This document shows positions 52,401 through 61,824 of a DNA stretch of 64,000 nucleotides, piece after piece (position 1 is the stretch's first letter; every line of letters starts with the position of its first letter). This DNA is from Schmidtea polychroa (lineage: Eukaryota), in the NCBI GenBank assembly GCA_044892525.1, contig CM097885.1, positions 209,498,001 through 209,562,000 on the forward strand, written 5' to 3'. Position numbers and translations under genes: made by a program. Below the pieces are notes generated by a model that was given only the letters and a program-made list of their open reading frames with translations, was not told the DNA's origin and searched no databases.

Positions 52401-55400
52401 AGGAGACAGGTCGGAATCATGACCCACTTTCATGTCAAAACCTGAAAGCGCATATACCTGAATTGCTAAAGTTGTTATGAATATATTAGCAGTATGCACC
52501 CCTCGAACGACTTCACCAACGAAGGAGCATTGGAACCCAGTTCCACAATAAACCCGTTCGCCAGCGAAATCTTTCTCTAGGGCTAATTACATCAAAATAG
52601 CATAAGCTGAATCATAACAATCCAGCCTAAATATAATTGCAAATAGAATATATGCCACGATGTAAATAATTATGTAATAATGTTAATTCAATAAAACAAC
52701 CAGATTTCTGTTTTAATTTTTTCTAATAAAAGTTAACCAAACCAAAAATTCGACGATTTGGGAACAACCACGAGCAAAATATAAATTTTCGGGGTACAAT
52801 ATTTCTCTTTTTGGTTACTTACTGCACAGGTAATAATTCGTTAGGATGTTTTCTTCCGATGTTTCTAGGTTGAGGCTATAGGGTGATGATAAGTAACGAC
52901 TCCCCATTTTTGCTATAAATTTGTCATCTAATTCACGACAAGGCACACTATCATCAGTAGGGAGTAACTATTCGCTCGAATCACGGCTTTACGTCTTAGT
53001 AGAATGATAAAAAAGATGAAATTTCAAGAAGAAAATCAGCATTAACCATTTTTATTTAATCATAGAATGTCGCAAGCAAGTGGTCCCGACGAAGCGGAAT
53101 ATAGGCAAATGATAACGCGGCTCCGGACCCGGTACATCTGGTACCGGATCCACGATTGGAATCGGGGGTTGGACCTAGATAATTATGGTCCGGTCATTCG
53201 GAGTGGCCCAGAGCCCGATGCCCCGGCGTGGGTGAAGGTAGAGCCCACTAACAACGTGCTCCGGGAAGCCCGCGATCGAGCGGCCGATGAGGTAGTAGAG
53301 GCCCAAAAGCGGCTGAGGAGACTCGAGCTCCAACTCAAGGCCGAAACGTTGGGGATAGCTCTTGAAGAGCTGGAGGAGACCGATGCCCCTCCACGAAAAC
53401 GGGGGAGGCCCCGCAAGAACCCGGCCTAACTTATCGACAATCGCGGCCTGAATAAAACGATTTTTACTGATCTTATTTAGTGATATTTTAGTAACATAAC
53501 GAATTGTATTTCTCTTTTGTTTATCAAACATAATCTATCGTGTAGTAATGCAATAAATTATATTTTTTTTTATTTATACTTTGGGCTTTACAGCTAATGG
53601 GGCGTATTCATAATTGAGGTGACCCTTTTCTCATCACCCACTTATAAATTCCATGCATGTACTCTAACCAACTTTGCGCACCAGAAGGCGAATGAGGGGA
53701 TTTATTATTATTTTCTTCAGTGTACCAGTTATTGGAAAACCTACGAAAGGACCGCGAACAGGCCCAGCAACAATCCGAGGGTCTCCGAGGTCGGGTCGAA
53801 AAACTCAAGCTGAAGTATCGAGAACTCCAAGGTACCTGGTTCAGCCCAGCCGAGATGAAAAAACAGAAGACCCACATCTCGCAACTCCAGACCCAGGCAG
53901 AGCAAGACCAACTCGAGATTCGGGCGTTGAAACTACAAGTACGCTCTCTCGAAAGCAAATTGAACGAAAAACTCATACAAGACGCCCTCCAAGAGCAGAT
54001 CCGCCCTCTCCAGGTGGAGCTAGCCAGAATATACCCACCAGCCCCGACAGGCAAGCCGAAACGTAAACGGCTCGGGCGGAATACCCGCGACAAATTGAAA
54101 AGGGCCTGGCTGGCCGAGCAGGAGAAGTTGAAAGAGGCTGGGGCCAATCCACGTTCCCAAAAGACGTTCGAGAATGCGACCCTCATGAATAAACCAACTC
54201 TGTAAAACAGTAGTAATTTAATAAGTGATTCTGGTTGTGTAATAAATATATGATCGAACTTTGCGTTGACTTAAACCGAAAGGATTGGTAGAAAAGCGTG
54301 TGGGAAAACAATCTCGACGAGGGACCGAAACAAATCGGACACGTGCCTTCTATCGGCGTCCGTGAACCCATCGCGTACTCGACAATTATAGTGCCTCGAT
54401 GCGCTCACTTTTTGCGAGTACTCAACCCTTGGTACAGTACCAACGTTGATTGCTCAACGGGTACCAAGCGGAAAAACAATGTTGTATTCTGGGTTACGCT
54501 GGTAACAGCACTTAAACATTCAACCACCAGTAACCCACCACTTGAAAGAGTGTTTGAACTTCGTTTGGAATTGTTACAGTTTTTGGCTTTATTATAATTT
54601 TGTGATAAACCCTTTGAAATTGTTGAATCCAATTCTGCATTAGCACTTGAGTTATAATTTATTTGTGTTTGTTTAGTCTGGAAACGTTTCCAAGTTATTT
54701 GTCTCAGAGATATTCAAAGAGATCAATAAAAAGTGTAAAGTGTACACTATACACGAGTAACAATTGTAACAAAATTAATATTTAATAACACTTAAAAAAA
54801 AGGGTTTTCAACGAAAATAATATTTATATAAAAAATAGTAAACTAGTCATAGGATATTGAATTTTGGTAATATTTAATTTTATACTTTACCCAAATTTTT
54901 AGAAAGATTTATTAAAAATAAAATGGCCTAACGATGTCTATTGGAATCAACATGGAAAAATAGCTGGAATAATATCAAAAGCTGTTACACAAGATAATTA
55001 TTTTTATTGTTTTTTAGGTGGGTACCATATATAAATGTAATTGTAATAATGAATTATTAGGAGTTGGTATAAATGTGTCCAATAGTGAACCAACGGTTTG
55101 TATCCATGATATCATTAAGTCATCTAGTAAAGGCGAGGTTACCAATATAAATTACCCTTCAGTGGAAAAAGTTATTGCTCATGTTTTGACTAGATTCGAA
55201 AACAATATTGATCTAATTCAATCTACTGGAAATGAAATTGAGAATTTTAAAAGCAAATATTACAAACATTGGATGCACAAGTATATACATTGATAAAGTA
55301 AAAATTTCAAAACTATTCAATAGAGATCAGGTTGTTACGGTTAAAAATGGTGAAAATAGTGTAAAAGGATCAATAATCGGTATTGATGATTTTGGGTTTT

Positions 55401-55495
55401 TACAAATGATGCCTCATGATAACTCTGAGATTGTTACATTACATCCCGACGGGAATACTTTCGATATGATGAATAATCTAATTATGCCTAAATAA
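40407..55495 (+). CDS. HLCS: Holocarboxylase synthetase / biotin--protein ligase, 9 exons, ~524 aa
   Basis: Exons 40407-40691, 40742-40900, 40952-41068, 41125-41405 ([19 protein letters not shown]), 41450-41514 ([13 protein letters not shown]), 46576-46736 ([21 protein letters not shown]), 54903-55017 ([16 protein letters not shown]), 55061-55280 ([19 protein letters not shown]) and 55324-55495 ([28 protein letters not shown]). All junctions are GT-AG and phase-consistent, and all biotin-ligase signature motifs are present. The start codon could alternatively be at 40485. Confidence 0.95.
42699..45954. mobile_element. hAT-type MITE that hosts the Zator insertion
   Basis: CAGTGGCCAACCCGCAGGCC on the left and TGCGGCCCGC...AAAAGGTTAAACCCTC on the right, with an 8-bp direct repeat ACGATCTA on both flanks. 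Confidence 0.5.
42882..45827 (-). mobile_element. Full-length Zator-superfamily DNA transposon (2,946 bp); transposase frameshifted
   Basis: 24-bp TIRs GGGGTCATTGCATAATTACGTCAC with a 3-bp TSD ATA. Minus-strand transposase pieces: [75 protein letters not shown], and a C-terminal CQVC..H..IC zinc finger. Confidence 0.88.
49599..49692 (+). promoter_or_regulatory. Predicted TATA box and first 5' splice site of E3
   Basis: TATATATA at 49599, conserved in E2 as TATAAATACTGAC. Consensus donor CA|GTAAGT at 49686/49687. Confidence 0.5.
51122..51360. repeat. Tandem duplication (~120-bp unit x2) in the AT-rich island of E3
   Basis: TAAAATA(A)GAATTATAACT..GTATAAATTAAA.GTATATTCTGATCATGAATTCTAAATTATATCATAAAA.ATAGTATATATATAGTTATGTATTAATTATATGAGTAG repeated twice. 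Confidence 0.9.
53067..53429 (+). CDS. Element-encoded ORF A (120 aa): short coiled coil and C-terminal AT-hook
   Basis: Intact GC-rich ORF ending [13 protein letters not shown] (RGRP AT-hook core). AG acceptor at 53064-53065 just before the ATG; AATAAA at 53451. Confidence 0.7.
   Translation: MSQASGPDEAEYRQMITRLRTRYIWYRIHDWNRGLDLDNYGPVIRSGPEPDAPAWVKVEPTNNVLREARDRAADEVVEAQKRLRRLELQLKAETLGIALEELEETDAPPRKRGRPRKNPA
53721..54205 (+). CDS. Element-encoded ORF B (~161 aa): coiled-coil protein with basic C-terminus, entered through a splice acceptor
   Basis: Intact GC-rich frame with heptad-like L/Q/E/K content, [10 protein letters not shown] and KPKRKRLGR. Preceded by TTTATTATTATTTTCTTCAG| at 53720; AATAAA at 54241. 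The in-frame start seen on the genome is only GTG. Confidence 0.72.
54336..54511 (+). ncRNA. Conserved structured RNA motif, copy 3
   Basis: CCTTCTATCGG at 54346-54356 within CGGAC/GTCCG. GTACTCG/CGAGTAC encloses AGTGC/GCGCT. Bulged hairpin CTTGGTAC-AGTA-CC-AAC-GTTGA-TTGC-TCAAC-GG-GTACCAAG. Confidence 0.75.
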
Positions 55496-55828
55496 TTCAA
55501 CGATTTCCTATTTTCTAGATGATGTTTGGTTTTGTAATTAGGCTTTTGGTTTCGACTTTGATCTTTTTAAATTCAGTAATTTTCATATTAATATTTGTAA
55601 GACCAAAATAATATTGGTAGATTACGAGTCTGAAAACTTTTCATGTTGGTACTTGCTTTATCCTATCAACACTTTCTCTCCTTGGAACTGAGCATAACTA
55701 TTTATTTAACCACTTCCAATGGATTCCCTCGACTTTGCATTTCCTCATCTTCGTCCAATCTAACTAAACTGAAAAAATGTAGACGAACCATGAACGTCAT
55801 TATTTCATAAATTCTACAATTAGACTTT

Positions 55829-56060
55829 NNNNNNNNNNNNNNNNNNNNNNNNNNNNNNNNNNNNNNNNNNNNNNNNNNNNNNNNNNNNNNNNNNNNNNNN
55901 NNNNNNNNNNNNNNNNNNNNNNNNNNNNNNNNNNNNNNNNNNNNNNNNNNNNNNNNNNNNNNNNNNNNNNNNNNNNNNNNNNNNNNNNNNNNNNNNNNNN
56001 NNNNNNNNNNNNNNNNNNNNNNNNNNNNNNNNNNNNNNNNNNNNNNNNNNNNNNNNNNNN
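55829..56060. other. Assembly gap (232 N)
   Basis: Run of N. Confidence 1.
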
Positions 56061-59000
56061 TTTATTTTTGGTTTGACTGAAAGCTGGAATAAATTGTCCG
56101 TTTAATCTATATCTTCGTTAACTTTTTATCGATTTTTTTTGTATTTGTATTAATTTCTCTATAGCAATAATTCCCTATAGGAAGTACACTATATTGTTTG
56201 TGCGATAAACGTGATAGTAACTACATTGTAATTCTTATTCAGAATTACTTCATTATAGCAAAAAAAGTACTCTACATAACTTCGGAGATTAACATTTGCA
56301 TATAACTTATTTATTTGTTTTTTTGTTTCTCTAACCATTTAAAGATAACAATTATCATAAAAATTACATATTTACAAGTTCTGTTTTCTTTATTGAAAAC
56401 TTACTAAAAATATAAAAATTGTGCAACTAGCATTGTTTGTGCCTGTGTTTTGTTTGTTTATGTTTGTGTTTTTACTTGAAGTAGTCGCTGTATCGTTTTT
56501 TTATAGGGGTGTGATTATTGAGTTTTTGTCGAATAGTTTTGTTGTATATTTATGGTTGAATGTGATGTGTTTGTGTTTTGTCTGTGTTTTTGTTTGGGTT
56601 TTGGGTTGTGCTTTGTCTTTTGGAGAGTTGTTTTGAGGGTTTTGATTATGGTGGTAAGGTTTTATTCGTTTGATATATATTTTCAGTTTGCTGTTGTTTG
56701 TGATTGTTGTGGCCACGTTTTTGTTGATTTCTAGAAGTTTGTATGGACCTTCGTATTTGGCTTCGAAACCTTTTAAAAACCTTTGTTAAAATGAAATCCG
56801 TTATTCCCACTATTTTCCCATCCAATCCTTTTAGTTTCTTTTCTGTGTTTTCACTGTTTTTGCTAGTTATTTGTTTGTTTGTTTCTGTTCTGTTGTTTTT
56901 GAGTGATGAGAGATTTGGTTCTCTGCTGAAGACTTTGTAAAAGAGACTTTCGTTGTCGATCAAGTTGGAAGTGTTCCTTAATTCCACTAAAATTGTCGGT
57001 AGTTAAGTAAGATAATTTCTGTCGTTTACTTTGGTTCTGATGCTTTGTTTAAGGGTCCTGTGTAATCTTTCGATTTTCCCGTTCGCTTGTGGGTTGTAAG
57101 CGGTGGTTCGATTACGTTTTATTTCGTATTTTTTAAATAGGCATTAGATAGTTCTGATTTGAATTGTCTCCCTTGATCCGTTATTAGTATTTTGTCCGTA
57201 GCGAGCTATTCAATTTAACTCGATGTTTTTGCAGATGCTTGCGGATATTTCTTCCAATTGGATTATTTCGAACCAGTTTGATTTCATGTCTACTATTGTT
57301 AGTAGGTATTTGTATTCGTTGTTTGGTGGTAGCGGTCCTTCTATGTCTGTGTCTTCTCTAAAGCTTGGCTGCTTTGGAAGTTTACTTTTTAGACCGTGGC
57401 TCTTTTGTGATTTTGTTGATTTGGCAACTTGCATGTTGTGACGAAATTTTTTGTTTCTTTTAGCCTGTTTGGCCATAAATATTTTTATGTGTTGCCCTGT
57501 TTCCTGGATGATTAATATCGTGTATCTTCGAGATGCAGGTCTTCCTGAACTCTTTTAAGAGTATTCTTAGTTTATTTTCGTTGCTGATGTCGTATCAGGA
57601 TTTATTGATTTGTTCTAGTTTTAGACTATGTATTGGCAGTTCTTTTAGTGTTTGTGATTATTTGTTTTTGATTGTTTCTACTTCGAACATTTCGATGAAT
57701 TCAAATGCATTTATGTCTGTTTCGGTTCTTGACAGAGTGTCAGTCGCTATGTTTGGTGCTCCCGCGACATAATTGATTGTACAATTAATTTTGGACATGC
57801 AATTTATTTGTCTTGTTTGTCATAGTGATGGATTTTTTATTTGGATCGCGTTTGTAAGAGGTTTGGTCAGCATTGTTGGGTTTTTGGTAATTTAAGTCGG
57901 TAGCCTCTGACTCCTCGTGTCCTTTTAATCAAAAAAAATAAACTACCCAACGTATATTTGAATCACAAAAATATATTTCTCTCAACAATAAATAATCAAT
58001 AACCAAAGTTCACGTTTGATCAATTCTTCGATCGGTGTTGAATATTATCTTTTGTCAAAGCATCATCTTTTTATTCCTTAGCTTCTCTTGAACAACGTTT
58101 CCCTTTTTCTATTTGATTCTTTTTCACTTTTTCGTATCTCCTAATCTATATTTCCTTTTTCCCTAAACTCCTCAATTCGTGTTTTCCTTTTCCTATCTAA
58201 TTTTCGTCTAACCCTAGCTGATGCAAAATGCCAATTATTTTGACTTTGTTTTATACTAGAGTAATCACTTTGATTAATCGGTTTTTGACCTGATTGCTCC
58301 TTTCTGACAATGGTTTGACAACCGGCTCCTTGAGCGTTGTTTGCACCATATCATGATTAATTAGCTCCCTTCGCTATTCCTTTGAAATAGTCCTAACCCA
58401 TTCGATTGCTTTTCGACCTTTTCTAACCATTTTCTGATAAATCTCTAATCATCATCTTGTTGACCATTAGCTAATCTATACCGGTCACATTTTCCCAATT
58501 CAATTTCGATAACTTTACAATTTATTGATTTTTCTCGAATTTCCGGATTCTTGCCTTTCGCAACTGCTTTTGCCATTTCTTAATACTGCTTCCATCATAC
58601 TTTCCTTTACTATCAATTCTGTGCGTGATTACGCTTTTATTTGTCTTTTTCCTTCACTTACTTATTATTTAAATTTTCAAACTAAATTTATTTAAGTTTA
58701 CTGACCTCAACAGTATAAATCTTGAAGTTCCTTGCCTCTAGTAGGTGTTGAAAATGTATTATAGCCTCATGAATTGCGAACAGTTCTCGATCAAATGTTG
58801 ATTATCTTGTTTGGTATAATTTTAATTTGGAAAAGAACCGATTGGTTGTTTGTCGAATTCATTGTTTTTTTAAAGGGTTGCTCCCATTGCGTAACCGGAA
58901 CAATCTTTGCTAGGTTGTAGTCCGGGTATCCTGGTATCCAAGTACTGTGGATTTAGACTAACTTGTTTTTGCTTTTTCGAAGTTTTTAATTGTTTACTCA

Positions 59001-59387
59001 TTCCACCTTATTTTGATGTTTCGTCTTGTTTTGATTAGGTCATTTGGGGGGGGGGGGTTAAGAGTTGGCTGCATAGTAAGCGTGGTAAAAGTTTACCATG
59101 CCCAGGAATCATCTGAGTTCTCTTTGTGTTTGGCGGTTTGAATAGTTGGATGGAGTTTATTTTTTTTCGATTGGTTTTTTGCCTTTTTCATCCATTTTGT
59201 GTACGAGAAATTTTTATGTATTTGTATTAGTAATTTTTATGTATTAGTAATAATTTTCTATAGGGAATTACACCATATAATTCTATATAGCTTGTGTGTA
59301 CGATAAACGCGATAGTATCAAAAGTAACTCTACATTGTAATTCCTATTCAGAATTACTTCATTACAGCAAAAAAGTATAATATAACA
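56061..59387 (-). mobile_element. Internally deleted Gypsy/Ty3 LTR retrotransposon
   Basis: Direct repeats at about 56100-56290 and 59190-59387. Minus-strand pol remnants in Gypsy order: FLGMVNFYH (end of RT), FDRELFAIHEAIIHFQHLLE..IYTD..KPL (RNase H), then integrase IEGPLP..YLLTIVD..NW and TTAYNPQANGKIERLHRTLK. Confidence 0.85.
57874..58712 (-). mobile_element. Solo LTR (L1-like, 839 bp) inserted in the RNase H of the Gypsy element
   Basis: On minus it starts TGTTGAGG and ends CCAAAAACCCAACA. Flanks GCAT/GTAT form a 4-bp TSD with one mismatch. It splits the IYT|D..KPL motif. Confidence 0.8.
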
Positions 59388-60176
59388 GTACACTACAATA
59401 TATATCAAACATGTGCCATCGACTCAATATTAACCATTGATTATTGAATGAGAAAGCCAGTTAGGGAAAGAGTCGGTTAGTGTTTGGGTGATGGCGTCAC
59501 CTTCCTCTCCGCCTAACCAACGATATTGGATCAGAGTGAATCATGAGTTCGCTCTATTATTTTTCTTGCTGAATGCATATATCTATTTCATTAATTAAAT
59601 TATTCAAATCATATCTTTAAGAAACATTTTAAATTTAAATTATTAAAAAATATCAAATTACAAAAAGGAAAATAGAAATATGAAAGATAACAAATCCAAC
59701 AAATCCACTGGTCGAAGGAATATCATTCTGCCGGTTCCCGTTCCAGCTTCGTGTTTATTTCCTCTGCATTCCAACATCATTGACTCATGATTTCAAGTTG
59801 ATCTTATCAAAATCATTGAATTCCTCTTTTATAATTCTGTCTTATCTGTCACTAACAATTAATCGAAACATTGGTGCATCATCCTGCTCATATCGCTACA
59901 TCGATCATATTCTCTAATTAAAATAAATCGAATTTACTTATCCACCAACTCACTGACATTTATCGCTCCGATGTCTGCTTTTCGATTCATTTTGCCAAAA
60001 AAAGAATTGCATTCCGATTTTCATTTTCTAAAAGTATCAAGATTTTTCTATATTAAAATGTAATTATTTTTTAAAGTAAAGGATTTATTTGGCTTTGAAA
60101 TGACACTTTACTAAATATAAGAATAAAAACAGCATTTTATAGAATAAATATTTAGAATTACTTTTAAATTCCTTAG

Positions 60177-60974
60177 TGTTGTATCTAGAATTTGCGTTTC
60201 TCTCGTGGAATTGTTAGGTTCCTTTTTGAGAGTTTTGAGTTGTTTTTTTGTAATTTTTCAGCTGGGTTTATATACCCGTCTTAGATTGGGTAGAAGTCCG
60301 CTATGTTTTGGACCTTACCAAGTTTTTCTATTATTTATCAGCAGGCGCTAATCTCGTCTTTATGAGCACTCGAATAACTACTGAGTAAACTTGTATAGAT
60401 GTTGCTTATTCAGCACCTACACTTTCATATCAAGAAACTTTTCAATAATTTATGTCTATTTAGGCATTAATTTAATTAAAATGTAATTTCTGCTTCTTCA
60501 TCAATTTTTTTTGCTTAAGTCTTTTCCCAACGTTTCTCTATTACTATTGGATTTTCATTTTTCAACAACTTGTTTATTTAACCTCTAAAATATTTGTATT
60601 GATCACACATTTAGTTATCTTGTTCCCTTGTTATTTTTTATTTTACCAACGTTATTCTGGTTGAGTTCCTGATTTTACATTTTTTAAATGGTTATTTTTT
60701 TGTTTTAGTTAGTGCTTTCTATTTTTAATGCTCTAGTTTTTAACTCACTAATAATTTTATTTCATGCTTTTTGTTTTTTATTTATACCTTTATTTTACCT
60801 CCTCTCTTTTTTTAATTTATTGTAACTTATTTTCCTTGGCTGCTCGGTGTTTTTGTCATTTATATAAATTTGCCGCCTTTCTTCTGAGTCGTTTAATCGT
60901 TGCAGATAAAGAACTGGGTTATCTTTTGGTTGTTGCCCAAAAATATATAAGGTACACGATATTTCGGGACAGCA
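60177..60974 (-). mobile_element. Probable solo LTR of another family
   Basis: TG...CA bounded (TGTTGTATCTAG...GGGACAGCA) with strong A/T strand skew and a minus-strand TATATAAAC. The TSD is not convincing. Confidence 0.45.
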
Positions 60975-61022
60975 TTTATCAAATGTGTATTTCAATAGTT
61001 ATATAAATTTAATTTCTAAAGG

Positions 61023-61518
61023 CTGATTGTTTTGTCCATAACTGTCGGCAATAACAGTTCACCAGCAGATGATTCAACAGACACAGATGGAACCTCCTGC
61101 AATAATGTTTGTCCATTAATTCAGATTCTTTGCTGTTCGTTTTGCTACAACCATTCTTAACTCGTTCAGTTTCGTTTGACATGTAGATGGTTCTGATTTA
61201 ATTCATTCCATAAAGCCTGCGCCTCTGTCAGCTGATCGTGCTTCGATATGTCTGGATGTGCAAGAGCATACGTATTCACTAGATCTTGGTAAAGATCTGG
61301 CATTTTGTTAACTTTAATTTCCTTGAACATGTCTATAGTCATCCAATATTAAAAAGTTTTCTTTAATATTCTAATTTAATGATTTATTTATATTAAAACA
61401 TAAACTAATAAATACAACTAGCGTGACGTCACGCTCAGCTCAACTCACCCACCCACGTCACGTTTTGAAGGAACCCACCCACCAACCTTCAAGCGTGACG
61501 TAATTATACAATGACCCC
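61023..61518 (-). mobile_element. Partial second copy of the Zator element (5' end)
   Basis: Near-identical to 45316-45827, including the TIR, with small internal deletions. Confidence 0.9.
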
Positions 61519-61560
61519 TAACTATAATCATAAATTTTAAAATAATTTTATTGGTTGAAA

Positions 61561-61824
61561 TTAATTAATTTTTGCATTAATTAATTTGAATGCATTAACT
61601 TGGTCACACATGTTTGTAATGATTTGATCCTTTCCTTGCAGTTTCAAATTTAAATCGGATAAGTGTTTTGTTATATCAACCATAAAAGATAAATCTTGCC
61701 ACCACACTGTATCAGAAAACAAGGCGATGTCTTGTTTTTTTGATGTTAAAAACTGACATATTTCGTCTTTCAAATCCCAAAATTGTTTGAGAACCTTGGA
61801 GCAGGATAACCAATAGCACGACAA
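61561..61824 (-). pseudogene. hAT (SPIN/GTF2IRD2-like) transposase fragment
   Basis: WLSCSKVLKQFWDLKDEICQFL...WWQDLSFMVDITKHLSDLNLKLQGKDQII..VNAFK. Confidence 0.8.

Larger units (their letters stand above)
48953..54540 (+). mobile_element. Giant LTR-like unit E3 (5,588 bp): probable solo LTR of a giant Gypsy-type element, carrying two ORFs
   Basis: Termini TGTTGGGC...ACCCACCA with an exact 4-bp TSD CTTG (48949-48952 and 54541-54544). Removing the unit restores the hAT frame [14 protein letters not shown] at 49599, AATAAA at 53451 and 54241. No gag, RT or integrase motifs recognised. Confidence 0.88.
47640..54597 (+). mobile_element. Buster-type hAT transposon remnant, interrupted by the giant LTR-like unit
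   Basis: CAGTGGTTC terminus at 47640. Transposase remnants: [52 protein letters not shown]| resuming as [14 protein letters not shown] at 54541. Confidence 0.88.

Noticed and set aside
53175-54186. Antisense ORFs over ORF A and ORF B (53175-53531, 53183-53416, 53608-54186) and the alternate frame 53674-54066
   Set aside because: These are shadow ORFs expected in GC-rich coding sequence. They show no motif conservation in E1 and lack supporting splice or poly(A) signals.
56421-56987. Several overlapping ORFs rich in F/V/C or K/N/T
   Set aside because: Products of strand-skewed low-complexity sequence in the Gypsy 3' region.
59729-59739. TGCCGGTTCCC resembling a twister ribozyme core
   Set aside because: The rest of the twister consensus and pseudoknot pairing is missing.
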